From an uncultured Verrucomicrobiae bacterium (GTDB lineage: Bacteria > Verrucomicrobiota > Verrucomicrobiia > Chthoniobacterales > Chthoniobacteraceae): 64,000 bases of DNA. The DNA lies in assembly GCA_963836755.1 (NCBI GenBank), contig CAWIKF010000002.1, positions 224,001 to 288,000 of the forward strand, written 5' to 3'. Positions 26,445-36,610 of this stretch are shown here, piece by piece. The notes below the pieces were generated by a model, which was given only the letters and a program-made list of their open reading frames with translations, was not told the origin of the DNA and did no database searches. The position numbers and the translations under genes are program-made. Every line of letters starts with the position of its first letter. The stretch's first letter is position 1.

Positions 26445-28943
26445 TTATTTTTCAGCACGACGCGCATGCCGCACTCGCGCAATGATCCACGCCAAAACCG
26501 AAAGCGTCAGCAGCCACGGCGCGATGAATGCAAGCGCGACGCCGATCATCCGCAAGCTCCACATCACCGCCGCGAACGCCTGCACAAAAGTCCGCCGCAG
26601 CGTCGCCCAGACGCCGCTTTCATCCGGCACGATGTCGCCGCGGCTGTAAATCTGCACGTCGATTTGAGCGGGCGCATTTTCGCCCGCGGCCTCCTGCGCT
26701 TCTTCGCGATGCACGGTAAAATTGCTCACCTTTCCGAGCTGCTCGATCTGTGCGACCAGCGGTCCATATTGCTTCAGTGGCAGCGAAATTGTCATGTTCG
26801 CGACCTCGACTCCGCCATTCCGCCGCTCGAATGTCGAGTTGCCGATTTCCGCGCCAACCCGCTCTGCAGCTTGTTTCAGGGCGTTTGCATTTTCCTCAAC
26901 CTTCTCGCTTAACACGCTCAAATTCGTCCGCTGCACCGGCGTTTCCTCGCTGGTCAACGACATCGAAATCAGCACCGGCTCGCTGTCGTCATCTCCCGCG
27001 CGATCGTTGCGCTGGATCGTCACGCTCGCGACGCGGCCGATTTTTTTCAACGCTTCGAGAGCCGCCGCGTAGTTGTTTGAGGGAACTCGCACGGTCACTT
27101 CGCCGGAGCCGCGACCGCTCGGATCGCGCGTCACATTCGAGCTCACCACTTCCGCGTGCTGCGCGAGCGCGGCCGCTTTTGCTGCGTCCAAACTTTGCTC
27201 CACATGCGGCGTCACCAGCCTGAGAGAAGTCTGCCGGCGCGATTCTTCATCGCGCGAAATGAGGAGATCAAACTGCACTTTGTCGCGCTCGACGCGCGCG
27301 GTGTCGCTCGCGCCGGAGCCGCCCTGCGCGACGCGTTCATCCTGTGTCGTGAAAGTCTGCACGCGGCCCAGCGCCTTCATTCGCATGATGGTTTGATCGG
27401 CCGTATCGGGCGCGAGCAGCAGGCTCAACGTCGCCGAGACGCGGCCGTTCGCATCGCGCTCAAGTTTCGATTGTAAAACCTGCGCTTGCGCTTTGGTGGC
27501 CTCGGATTTCGCCGCGGCATAGGTGCTTTCTACGTCCTGCGAAAAAAGCGAAAGATTCGCGTGCTCCTTTAACAGAAAGGCTGCCGCCTGATTCAGATCC
27601 TTTTCATAAAGCGAAATCGTGACCGTCGCGTAGCTCACGAGCGCGTCCCAATATTTGAGCTCGCCCTGCATTTCCTCGATCTGCCCGCGCACGCGCGCCA
27701 GCTCTTTTTCCACCTGCAAAAGATCCGAAACTTTGCCCGTGTTTTTCTGCAGCATGTCGAGCAGCCGCTGCTCCATCAGCCTGGAATTACGCAACCGCGC
27801 GTCGGTGTCGAAATACGCTTTCGTCACATCCTCGCTGCCGATGCGCTGATTTTTCAGCTCACCGAGCGCGCGCAGTTTCAGCAAAAACCGGTCGAGATTT
27901 GCCGGCAGCATTTTCACGACGATCGTGCCGCGCAATTTTCCATTCGCGCCGCGAGCCGAGTCGGCCGTTGCGACGTAGCCCTGCTCCTCGCCCGTGATCG
28001 CGCGAATTGTTTCCACGGTCGCCTCGAAGTTTTTCACTTCAAACTCCAGCGTCGCGTTCCGGATCAGCTTGCGATCGGGCTGCAAAGGCGCAGGCGCGAG
28101 GGGCTGCTCCGGCGGCGCGGCTGGCAACTGCCCATCAGCCAGCTGCTTTGATTTGTCAGAAGCGAGCGCTGCTTTGCTTTCTTCCGAAGCGGCATCAAGT
28201 TTTTTTAAGGCAGCGACGGCTCCGTTGGAACCAAAGGAACTGTCAGAGTCTCGTGCCGATGTCAGCCCGTGCTTTTCGTCCGCCCGATAGTCAAAATTCT
28301 CATGGCCAAGCTCCTCTTTATTCCGCGCAATCATCGGGACTTGTGCTTGCGAAGTCGCAGCAGGTGCAGCCGGCGTGGCCGATTGAAAATTCAGCGTGCC
28401 TCCACTCACGGTGGTGGTGCCGGCGAAACTATTGAATCCGTGCAGATTTTGCTGAGGGAGAACGCCCAGCCGACGCATTGTTTCGGTTTTCCCCTGGTCC
28501 GATGAGGCACCGCCGATGTCGTATCCTCGTTCATCATGCATGGCCCACGTTTTCGCGCTGCTGATCACGGCCGGCTGTCCCGGTTTTTCGCCGGTCAAAA
28601 TCTGACCACCCTTGATCAGCGCCATTGTGAGCAAAAGTGCCGCCAGGCCTTGCGCCACGGGCATTCGCGGCAAACGGATCAGCCAGTCGCCGAGTTGAAA
28701 ACGGCGCAAACTTTGACTCCGTCGGCGAAACTTTTGCGCAATGCGCAGCTCGAAATTTTCGTCCGGTTTTATTTTTTGAAAAGTTTCCGCGATGCCTGTG
28801 CTCATAGTTTTTTGGTTCTCGTTCAGCGCGCGGCATTGCTCGCATTGCGCAAGATGCAGCTCGAAATTTTTTCGCTCCTCCGGCGAAAGACCATCCGTCA
28901 CCGCCGCGGCCAGGAATTCCTCGATATTTTCGTGAATGTTCAT
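26445..28943 (-). CDS. Putative anti-sigma factor: zf-HC2, TM, tandem DUF4349-like repeats, C-terminal TM
   Basis: HLAQCEQC; 'RKLIRNATLEFEV...SEDVT...EKELARVRGQIEEMQG...YATVTISLYE'; ATGA-coupled to the ECF sigma gene. Confidence 0.8.
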   Translation of the reverse strand: MNIHENIEEFLAAAVTDGLSPEERKNFELHLAQCEQCRALNENQKTMSTGIAETFQKIKPDENFELRIAQKFRRRSQSLRRFQLGDWLIRLPRMPVAQGLAALLLTMALIKGGQILTGEKPGQPAVISSAKTWAMHDERGYDIGGASSDQGKTETMRRLGVLPQQNLHGFNSFAGTTTVSGGTLNFQSATPAAPAATSQAQVPMIARNKEELGHENFDYRADEKHGLTSARDSDSSFGSNGAVAALKKLDAASEESKAALASDKSKQLADGQLPAAPPEQPLAPAPLQPDRKLIRNATLEFEVKNFEATVETIRAITGEEQGYVATADSARGANGKLRGTIVVKMLPANLDRFLLKLRALGELKNQRIGSEDVTKAYFDTDARLRNSRLMEQRLLDMLQKNTGKVSDLLQVEKELARVRGQIEEMQGELKYWDALVSYATVTISLYEKDLNQAAAFLLKEHANLSLFSQDVESTYAAAKSEATKAQAQVLQSKLERDANGRVSATLSLLLAPDTADQTIMRMKALGRVQTFTTQDERVAQGGSGASDTARVERDKVQFDLLISRDEESRRQTSLRLVTPHVEQSLDAAKAAALAQHAEVVSSNVTRDPSGRGSGEVTVRVPSNNYAAALEALKKIGRVASVTIQRNDRAGDDDSEPVLISMSLTSEETPVQRTNLSVLSEKVEENANALKQAAERVGAEIGNSTFERRNGGVEVANMTISLPLKQYGPLVAQIEQLGKVSNFTVHREEAQEAAGENAPAQIDVQIYSRGDIVPDESGVWATLRRTFVQAFAAVMWSLRMIGVALAFIAPWLLTLSVLAWIIARVRHARRAEK

Positions 28944-29491
28944 GCGCGTGCCTCCGCGAGCGCCGGCTTCAAAGCCTTGCGCATCTTTTCGAGCGCGCGT
29001 CCGAGAATTCCGCGTAGCGCGCCGTTGCTCAAGCCCATCGCTCGCTCGATCTTTTCGTGACTCATTCCCTCGAGGTAGCGGAGCGAAACAGCGACCCGAT
29101 GCTGCTCGGGAAGCGCCGCCAGCGCGCTCAGCACGTGCGCGTGCATTTCCCCACCAGCCGTCTGTTCATCAGGCCTCGCGGCAATTTCGTCCGCGAGTTC
29201 CGCTTCATCCGGTAAAGTTGACGCGCGCCGTTTTCGCAGAACATCGCACGCGCGATTCCGCGCCACCGCGACGAGCCACGCGGGAAACTTTTCCGGATCG
29301 CGAAGCCGCCAGCGCGATTTGAACGCGCGGAAAAAAGTTTCCTGCACCACGTCCTCGGCTTCCTCGCGATCCTGCAAAATCGCGAATCCGACGGCGAAAA
29401 GTTTGCGGCTGAAAAGCGGAATGATCATTTCAAAATTCTCCTGATCGCCGTGCAGGGCCGCCGAGATGAGGTCGCGTTCGCTGGGGTCCAT
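28940..29491 (-). CDS. ECF sigma-70 factor
   Basis: 'EAEDVVQETF', 'WLVAVARNRACD', 'LRYLEGMS'; ATG at 29491. Confidence 0.92.
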   Translation of the reverse strand: MDPSERDLISAALHGDQENFEMIIPLFSRKLFAVGFAILQDREEAEDVVQETFFRAFKSRWRLRDPEKFPAWLVAVARNRACDVLRKRRASTLPDEAELADEIAARPDEQTAGGEMHAHVLSALAALPEQHRVAVSLRYLEGMSHEKIERAMGLSNGALRGILGRALEKMRKALKPALAEARA

Positions 29492-29544
29492 GTAGACGAT
29501 TTGCAGACTAGACGCGCCGCCGCGCGAAACCGCGCGAAATATTT

Positions 29545-32265
29545 TCAGGAATCCGCCGCACCGCTCTGGCAAAGGCTTCGCGCGTATTCGAGCGTGTCGA
29601 TGTCGCGTGCGGTCTTGTCGGTGCGGATCGACTTGATGCGCGGGAAACGGAGCGCGAGTCCGCTCGCGTGGCGGTCGCTCGCCTGCACGGAATCGAACGC
29701 AATCTCGAGCACCACATTCGGCTCGACCTGCCGATAGCGGCCAAATTGCGCGAGCGTGTGATTTTTGAAATGCTCGGTGAGCTCCGCGATTTCGGTGTCG
29801 GTCAATCCGGAATACGCCTTGCCGATCGTGAGCAGCTCGCCCGATTTTTCGTCGCGGACGGCGAATGTGTAATCGCTCAAAACCTTGCTGCGCTTGCCGT
29901 GGCCGAGCTCTGCGCCGACCACGACGACGTCGAGCGTCGCGAGCTCTTTTTTTAATTTCAGCCACGCGAGCCCGCGCCGGCCGGGCGTGTAAATCGATTC
30001 CGCATCCTTGACGATGAGCCCTTCATTGCGGCGTTCGCGCGCGGCGGCGAAGGATTTTTCAATCTCCTCCGCCGATTGAATGCGCGAAACTTTCACGACT
30101 TCAAATGCGGCCGGCAGCGTTAAGTTTTCCAAAAGCAAGCGTCGCTCCCGCAGCGGTTGCTTTAACAAAGGTTTGCCGTCGAGCCAGAGCAAATCGAAGA
30201 CCATGAAACGGACGGGAATGTCGCCGCCGAGAAAAAAATCCGCGCTCGTTTTTCGCCCGAGCCGTTTTTGCAAATCGAAAAAAGTCAGCTTCCGGCCGTG
30301 CTCAAACGCGACGATTTCGCCGTCGAAAATCACGTCGGCGTGCAAGGCGCCAGCGGCTTCCGCGATCTCTGCGAACTGCGCGGTGACGCGCTTCAAATCG
30401 CGCGTGAAAATTTCCGCGCGCGCGCCGGCGCGATGCAACTGCGCGCGGATGCCGTCAAATTTATCCTCGACCCACGCGACCGGATTTTCCGCCATCTCGC
30501 TGAGCCGCTGCCAGATCGATTCGGCGGTCGGCTCGGGGCTCGCGAGCATGCATTTGATCGGGGTGAAAATGCGCAGCTCGATTTGATCGAGTGCCCGCCC
30601 AGCGGCTCGCAGCGCGGTTTCGCCGATGTTGCCGAGCAGCATATTCGCTTCCTTGACCTCGGCAATTTTCACATCGAAAGCCGCGGCGATCGCTTCCTCG
30701 ACCAAACCTTCTTTCAAACCGATCCGCAAATCTCCCGTCAAAATTTTCACGAGATATTGCGCCTCGAGCGGCGAAATTTTCGCGAGCTGATTTTGCAGCA
30801 ATTCTGTTTTCGCAATGGGCCCGCGCGCTTTTTGCAGCGCATCGAAAAAAATGCGCGAATCTTCCAGCGAAAACGGCGCGGGCTGCGTGCGATCCTGCAA
30901 AATTTCACGCGCGGTTTTTCCAGCGTCGGCGTGAAAACTGGCAACGTCGCGAAAATGTTGTTCGTCGGTTTTACTGACCGCGAGCACGGCGCGCTTGATC
31001 ACGGCCCAGCCGGTTTGCAATACGCGCGGATCAGCCTGTGCAAAGGCTTTGCCGGTGAGATAGACGGCGGCGAGCGGAAGTTGAACGGGCGTGAGCAGGA
31101 GAAAATAATCGCGCAACAATTCGATTTTTTTGAGCTTTGCCGAGCTCGCGGAAATCTGCTCGCAAAGTTCGGAGAAGGTCGCGAACTCGGAGGGCGGAAA
31201 TTTGTTTTGCGGCGCGAGCGTTTGTTCAACGTCGGAATCTTTTTCGTCAAAGACAGCGGGCGATTGCGCCTTCGGTTTCGCTTTTTGCTGAAGGGAAAAC
31301 TCGAGCTGATTTTCTTCGCTCAAGGCCCACGCTTCGATCCCGCGGCTGCGCAGATCGCGCGCAAAAGCACTCGCGAAGCCGTGCAGCGTGAGGACGCGGC
31401 GCGGTTGCACGAGCTCGACGCAGCGGATGAGATCGGGGTAATCGGCGTGATCGGAAAGCGGAAATGCGGCGTCCACCTGGTAGCGATATTGCGCGCCGGG
31501 ATCGCTGGCCCAGCCGGTGAGGACGGCGGTGCGGCGAGTTTTTATTTTCGTGAGCATCGCCGAGCGATTGGCGCTGGGCGGGCAGATGAGGACTTTGCCG
31601 GCAGTTTCAGCGGCGTCGTAGCGGAGATAGCCGCCGGGAAAATCGGGCCGCAGTTTTCGATAAATTTCCGTCATGCGAAAAACCGCGCCGTGGAGCATCG
31701 GCTGCATGCCGGCCTGGACTAGCGCGCACAGAATTTCCTGCGCCTTTCCGAGCGAGTAACCGAGAAGCACCGGGAGCTCGCCATCGGCAAGCGCGTCGGC
31801 GCAAAAGTCGACCATTTGTGCGAGGACTTCGGCGGTCGGCGGGAAGCGATATTTCGGAAGGCCGAAGGTCGTTTCCATGATGAGCGTGTCGGCGTGGCGC
31901 GGCTCGGCGGGCTCAGAGGAAAGGCCGGGGCGCAATTTGAAATCGCCGGTGTAGAGGAGCGACTCGGCGTCGGTTTGCAGAAAAAATTGCGCGGAGCCGA
32001 AGATGTGGCCGGCGGGCAGCAGCGTGATATTGAGGCCGCGGATTTGCGCGGGCTGACCGAACTCGAGCGCGTGCTCGTGCCGCTGGCCAGGCAGTCGCTC
32101 TTGCATCAGCAGAGCAGTCGGTTTCGACAAAACGACTTCGGCGTGACGCGCGGTGTGATCGCTGTGCGCGTGCGAGACAAAGGCGAACGGCTTCGGATCC
32201 CACGGGTCGAGCCAGATGTTTTGCGCGGGCAGCTCGATGCCGCGCTGGAAACGGACGGGAATCAT
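29545..32265 (-). CDS. MBL/beta-CASP exonuclease fused to ATP-dependent DNA ligase
   Basis: N-terminal SHAHSDH, 'AGHIFGS', 'YTGDFK', 'LSDHAD'; C-terminal EDKFDG, 'EGLIVK', 'WLKLK', 'LRFPR'. Confidence 0.93.
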   Translation of the reverse strand: MIPVRFQRGIELPAQNIWLDPWDPKPFAFVSHAHSDHTARHAEVVLSKPTALLMQERLPGQRHEHALEFGQPAQIRGLNITLLPAGHIFGSAQFFLQTDAESLLYTGDFKLRPGLSSEPAEPRHADTLIMETTFGLPKYRFPPTAEVLAQMVDFCADALADGELPVLLGYSLGKAQEILCALVQAGMQPMLHGAVFRMTEIYRKLRPDFPGGYLRYDAAETAGKVLICPPSANRSAMLTKIKTRRTAVLTGWASDPGAQYRYQVDAAFPLSDHADYPDLIRCVELVQPRRVLTLHGFASAFARDLRSRGIEAWALSEENQLEFSLQQKAKPKAQSPAVFDEKDSDVEQTLAPQNKFPPSEFATFSELCEQISASSAKLKKIELLRDYFLLLTPVQLPLAAVYLTGKAFAQADPRVLQTGWAVIKRAVLAVSKTDEQHFRDVASFHADAGKTAREILQDRTQPAPFSLEDSRIFFDALQKARGPIAKTELLQNQLAKISPLEAQYLVKILTGDLRIGLKEGLVEEAIAAAFDVKIAEVKEANMLLGNIGETALRAAGRALDQIELRIFTPIKCMLASPEPTAESIWQRLSEMAENPVAWVEDKFDGIRAQLHRAGARAEIFTRDLKRVTAQFAEIAEAAGALHADVIFDGEIVAFEHGRKLTFFDLQKRLGRKTSADFFLGGDIPVRFMVFDLLWLDGKPLLKQPLRERRLLLENLTLPAAFEVVKVSRIQSAEEIEKSFAAARERRNEGLIVKDAESIYTPGRRGLAWLKLKKELATLDVVVVGAELGHGKRSKVLSDYTFAVRDEKSGELLTIGKAYSGLTDTEIAELTEHFKNHTLAQFGRYRQVEPNVVLEIAFDSVQASDRHASGLALRFPRIKSIRTDKTARDIDTLEYARSLCQSGAADS

Positions 32266-32357
32266 CTGTCAAAAATGTTCTCGTCGTTACTTCGTCGGGC
32301 GCGGCGGCGCGGGGGCGATGATTGACAGCGCAAATGCGAGCGGCTTTTATTTCGGGC

Positions 32358-32867
32358 ATGAAATGTTTTGCCGGCTTCGCGGTAGCGCTGCTGCTGACCG
32401 CGACGGCCTTTTGCGCGGAAGCGCCGCGCCTGATGCAAAATGTCAATGTGCTGCCGCTGGCGCTGGACGATCATTTTCAATTTCGCAAGACGGAGATTTT
32501 TTTAAACGACTCGCAGTATTTGAAGCCGACGAGCGACCCGATGCTGCAATTCGAGCGGCAGCGTGTGAATTTTAAAGCGGTCACAGCCGTCGATAAGACA
32601 GAACGACGTGGACACTATTTTTCTTTTTTTTGGCGTGCGCTGCGGCCGGCGAAGGTCACGGTGCGCCTGGAATATCGGCAGCAAAATCTCGGCTCCTATG
32701 TGCAAGCGCGTGAAGTTTCCTATGAGCACGCGAAGGGATCGAAGGAAACAAACTTTCAAGTCGTGGGTGACGACTATCTCCAGGACGGCCGCATCACGGC
32801 GTGGCGCGCGCTGTTGATCGTGGATGGGAAAATAGTGGGGCTGACGCAATCTTTTCTTTGGAATTGA
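32358..32867 (+). CDS. Hypothetical secreted protein
   Basis: Signal-like N-terminus; beta-rich; TTGACA upstream at 32322. Confidence 0.7.
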   Translation: MKCFAGFAVALLLTATAFCAEAPRLMQNVNVLPLALDDHFQFRKTEIFLNDSQYLKPTSDPMLQFERQRVNFKAVTAVDKTERRGHYFSFFWRALRPAKVTVRLEYRQQNLGSYVQAREVSYEHAKGSKETNFQVVGDDYLQDGRITAWRALLIVDGKIVGLTQSFLWN

Positions 32868-32909
32868 ACCTTCTTAGCAAAACGCGGCTGGAGCCATGCG
32901 CTGGCTGGA

Positions 32910-32939
32910 TTGACAGGCGGCGCGGCGGCTCGTTATATT
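32910..32939 (+). promoter_or_regulatory. Sigma70-type promoter
   Basis: TTGACA-N18-TATATT ending 13 nt before the GTG at 32953. Confidence 0.65.
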
Positions 32940-32952
32940 TTCCAGAGATTCG

Positions 32953-33456
32953 GTGAGCACATCTCCGTCCATCTTAGTCGGCTGCTCAAACAAGATCGTC
33001 TGGATCAAAGTCGAGGGCAAAGGCTCGTTCCTCAACAGCGCGGGGATGAAGGAATTTTCCAAGGAGATGATCAACCGCGGCCATCGGGAATTTGTCGTCG
33101 ATCTAAAAGCGTGTCCGGTGATGGATTCCACTTTCATGGGCACGCTCGCGATGATCGCGCTGCGGCTGCGCGATCTCGGGCAGGGAAATTTGCACGTGGT
33201 GAATTTGAACGAACGCAATCACGACCTGCTCTCGAATCTCGGGCTCGACCAACTTTTTACCATGGATATGTGTGGAGTGAAAACGGACGAGCCGACTGCG
33301 AGCGAGCTGGTCGAGCCGGCGGGCACGGAGCGCAAGGCCCAGGCGCAGACAATGCTGGAAGCGCACGAAGCGCTCGTCGAGGCCGATGCGGAAAATCTGA
33401 CGAAATTCAAGGACGTCCTCGAATACCTGAAACAAGATTTGCACGCGGCGGAGTGA
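32953..33456 (+). CDS. STAS-domain anti-sigma factor antagonist
   Basis: 'VVDLKACPVMDSTFMGTL' with phosphoacceptor Ser; 'LGLDQLF'. Confidence 0.9.
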   Translation: MSTSPSILVGCSNKIVWIKVEGKGSFLNSAGMKEFSKEMINRGHREFVVDLKACPVMDSTFMGTLAMIALRLRDLGQGNLHVVNLNERNHDLLSNLGLDQLFTMDMCGVKTDEPTASELVEPAGTERKAQAQTMLEAHEALVEADAENLTKFKDVLEYLKQDLHAAE

Positions 33457-33465
33457 TTCGGCGGC

Positions 33466-34896
33466 ATGTGGAGCATTCTTTTTGCAGGGCTGCTTATTGC
33501 CAGTTGGGTGGGATTTTTCCTTAGGGATCGGAGTCAAAAAAGCCTGATCGCGGCGGCGAACAAGGCGCGTCAAAAGGTCGAGATGGAGGAGAGCCGGGTC
33601 TTCGAATTTTTGCACGGGCTCGGCGAAGCGTTTTCCTCGGAAATCCGGCCGGACGATCTGCACCGGCTAATCGTTGAGGGCGCGGTGCGAATTTTGCAGG
33701 CGCAGGGCGGTGCGCTTTACATGGCGAACCGCGCAGGGACGGCGCTCGGGGCGCGGTTTATTTCCAAGAGCTGTCCGCCGCTTCTCGAAGTGGCGTCGGG
33801 AGTTTTACAACAGTCGGAGATGAATCCGGCGGCGAGCGCCGCTTACCTGCGGCAGCACGAGATCGAGTTGGGCGAGGGCATCATCGGCCGCGTGTGGCGC
33901 GACCAGGAGCCGCTGCTGCTCACAGGCGCGGACACGCGCCTCGCGCAACTGCGCGATGCGTCGCTGCGCACGGAGTCGGCGATGTTCTCGCCACTGATCT
34001 ACGGCGCGCAGAATCTCGGTGTGCTCGCCGTCGCGAATGGGCCGATGAGCACGGCATTTTCCGAAAGTGATTTCGCTATTTTCAAAGCCATCGTCGAGCA
34101 GTCCGCCTTCGCGCTTTACAACGCGATCGTCTATTCGCAGGCCGACGAAAAAAAACGGCTCGATAGCGATTTGCAAATCGCGCAGGACATCCAGCGGATC
34201 CTGCTCCCATCAGCCTCGCCGCTGATGAACCGGTTCGAGCTCGATGGCATCAACCTGCCCGCGCGGCAGATGAGCGGCGACTACTACGGCTACATCAAAA
34301 TCGACGATCTCCGATGGGGTGTAGCCATCGCGGATGTGTCGGGCAAAGGCGTGCCCGCGTCACTCATCATGGCGATGTGCCGGAGTGTTTTGCGCAGCCA
34401 GGCATCGGGAAATGCGAGCGCCGCAGATGTTCTGCACAAAGTTAACAGACAGCTCTATCCGGATATCAAGGAGGACATGTTCATCAGCATGGCATACGTC
34501 GTCCTGGACGATGAAAGCGCAGGCGTCACCCTCTGCCGTGCGGGCCACGACGCGCCGCTGCTCTACTCGGCGCGCGAGCAATCGGTGACAAAGTTGAACC
34601 CGCCCGGCATGGCGCTCGGCATTGACAGCGGCGAGGTGTTCGATAGAATTACGGGCGATTTTCCGGTCACGCTCGAGTCAAACGATTGTTTAATTTTATA
34701 TACCGATGGTGTGACGGAAGCGTTGGACAGCCAAGGGCTGGAATTCGGCATGAAACGGATGATCCAGTCCATCCAGGCGAGCGCGCATGAAGGCGCGGCC
34801 GGAATCAAAAAGCGCCTGACCGACGACCTGCTGCGTTTCATCGGCAGCTACCCGCAAAATGACGACATTACCGTAATTGTGATCCGGAAAAAATGA
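33466..34896 (+). CDS. GAF plus SpoIIE/PP2C phosphatase (RsbU-like)
   Basis: 'AQDIQRILLP', 'SGDYY', 'ADVSGKGVPA', 'YTDGVTEA', 'DDITV'. Confidence 0.93.
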   Translation: MWSILFAGLLIASWVGFFLRDRSQKSLIAAANKARQKVEMEESRVFEFLHGLGEAFSSEIRPDDLHRLIVEGAVRILQAQGGALYMANRAGTALGARFISKSCPPLLEVASGVLQQSEMNPAASAAYLRQHEIELGEGIIGRVWRDQEPLLLTGADTRLAQLRDASLRTESAMFSPLIYGAQNLGVLAVANGPMSTAFSESDFAIFKAIVEQSAFALYNAIVYSQADEKKRLDSDLQIAQDIQRILLPSASPLMNRFELDGINLPARQMSGDYYGYIKIDDLRWGVAIADVSGKGVPASLIMAMCRSVLRSQASGNASAADVLHKVNRQLYPDIKEDMFISMAYVVLDDESAGVTLCRAGHDAPLLYSAREQSVTKLNPPGMALGIDSGEVFDRITGDFPVTLESNDCLILYTDGVTEALDSQGLEFGMKRMIQSIQASAHEGAAGIKKRLTDDLLRFIGSYPQNDDITVIVIRKK

Positions 34897-35429
34897 GCGA
34901 CGAAAATTTAAAAGAGAACACTTCCAACGAAGAAAAACCGGCTGAAGCGTCGGTGGAAACGCAGGAGGACGAGCTTGGGAAACTGCAGAGCGATCTCACG
35001 CGTTTCCGCGATCTCGCGATGCGCAGCCAGGCGGATTTTGACAACTTCCGCAAGCGCGCCTCGCGCGAAAGAGACGATGCCGTGAAATATGCGAACGCAT
35101 CTTTTCTCGAGCGGCTCATCCCGATCATCGACAACTTCGAGCTCGGGCTCAATGCGGCGAAAAACGATGCGAAAAATTCCCCGATTCTCGCCGGCTTGGA
35201 AATGGTCGCGAAGCAGCTCACCGATTTTTTGAGCGAAAGCGGAGCGGTCGCGATCGATGCCGCCGGTCAAAAATTTGATCCGAATCTGCACGAGGCCATC
35301 AGCCAAGAAGCGAGCGCGGAGATCCCCGAGGGCCACGTCGTGCGGCAAGTGCGCAAGGGTTTCAAGCTGAAGGACCGGCTGCTGCGCCCGGCGAACGTGA
35401 TTGTCTCGAAGGGCAAATCCGCCGCGTAG
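34893..35429 (+). CDS. grpE: Nucleotide exchange factor GrpE
   Basis: 'ADFDNFRKR', 'FDPNLHEA', 'RLLRPANV'. Confidence 0.96.
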   Translation: MSDENLKENTSNEEKPAEASVETQEDELGKLQSDLTRFRDLAMRSQADFDNFRKRASRERDDAVKYANASFLERLIPIIDNFELGLNAAKNDAKNSPILAGLEMVAKQLTDFLSESGAVAIDAAGQKFDPNLHEAISQEASAEIPEGHVVRQVRKGFKLKDRLLRPANVIVSKGKSAA

Positions 35430-35453
35430 TTTTCAGTGCAACCCGTTCCTGCC

Positions 35454-36608
35454 ATGGCTGCCACAAAGCGCGATTATTATGAGGTTATCGAGGTCGAGCG
35501 CACCGCGACCACGGATGAAATCAAGCGTTCGTATCGCAAGCTCGCGGTGAAATTTCATCCCGACAAAAATCCGGACGACAAAACGGCCGAGGAAAAATTC
35601 AAGGAGCTCGGTGAAGCTTACGACGTGCTGATGGATGCGGACAAACGCGCGGCTTACGATCGCTACGGGCACGCCGCTTTTGCGCAAGGCACTGCGGCCG
35701 CGGGCGCCGGCGGATTTCACGATCCGTTCGATATTTTCCGGGAAGTTTTTGGCGCGAGCGGCGGCGGGGGTGGCGGCGGAATTTTCGAGCAATTTTTCGG
35801 CGGCGCCGGCGCGCAACGCGACAATCAAGGGCGTCAGCGCGGCTCGGATTTGCGTTACGATTTGCAGATCCGTCTCGAGGAAGCTGCGCACGGCTGCGAA
35901 AAAGAAATCGAAGTCACGAAGCTCGACGCTTGCGGGCGCTGCGGCGGCACTGGCGCCGAGGCCGGCTCGCGAGTGACGAGCTGTCCGGCTTGCGGCGGGC
36001 GCGGCCAGGTCGTCAGCTCGCGCGGATTTTTTCAAGTCGCGCAAACGTGCCCGCGCTGCCGCGGCACCGGGCAGATCGTGGAAAAACCGTGCAAGGAGTG
36101 CGACGGCGAAGGGCGCGCGGAAAATACCTCGCGGATCAAATTAAAAATCCCCGCTGGCATTCAGGATGGCTCGCGGCTGCGCTCCTCGCGCAACGGCGAA
36201 GCGGGCATCCGCGGCGGCACGCCGGGCGATCTTTACGTCGTCATTCACATTCATGAGCACGAGGTTTTCGAGCGGCAGGAGGATAACCTTTACTGCGAAG
36301 TGCCGGTGACGTTTTCTGTGGCCGCGCTCGGTGGCGAAATCCGCGTGCCGACGCTCGAGGGGCAGGCGAGTTTGAAATTGCCAGCGGGAACACAAGGTTC
36401 GACGATGTTTAAGCTTCGTGGAAAGGGAATGCCGGCGCTCAATTCCAGCTCGCGCGGTGATTTGATGGTCCGTGTGCTCGTGGAGGTGCCGACGCGGCTC
36501 AATGCGGAGCAGCGCAAAAAACTGGAGGAGTTTGCCGCATTGATGGGCGATGAAAACACTCCGTTGCACAAAAGTTTTTTTGAAAAAGCGCGCGAGTTTT
36601 TCCGCTAG
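35454..36608 (+). CDS. dnaJ: Chaperone DnaJ
   Basis: HPD J-domain, G/F region, four CxxCxGxG repeats. Confidence 0.97.
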   Translation: MAATKRDYYEVIEVERTATTDEIKRSYRKLAVKFHPDKNPDDKTAEEKFKELGEAYDVLMDADKRAAYDRYGHAAFAQGTAAAGAGGFHDPFDIFREVFGASGGGGGGGIFEQFFGGAGAQRDNQGRQRGSDLRYDLQIRLEEAAHGCEKEIEVTKLDACGRCGGTGAEAGSRVTSCPACGGRGQVVSSRGFFQVAQTCPRCRGTGQIVEKPCKECDGEGRAENTSRIKLKIPAGIQDGSRLRSSRNGEAGIRGGTPGDLYVVIHIHEHEVFERQEDNLYCEVPVTFSVAALGGEIRVPTLEGQASLKLPAGTQGSTMFKLRGKGMPALNSSSRGDLMVRVLVEVPTRLNAEQRKKLEEFAALMGDENTPLHKSFFEKAREFFR

Positions 36609-36610
36609 CG

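Noticed and set aside
30268..31722. Long antisense or alternate-frame ORFs (also 4281-5231, 18735-19865, 39765-41003, 42545-43780, 45962-47473)
   Set aside because: They shadow well-supported genes in high-GC DNA and have no recognisable motifs
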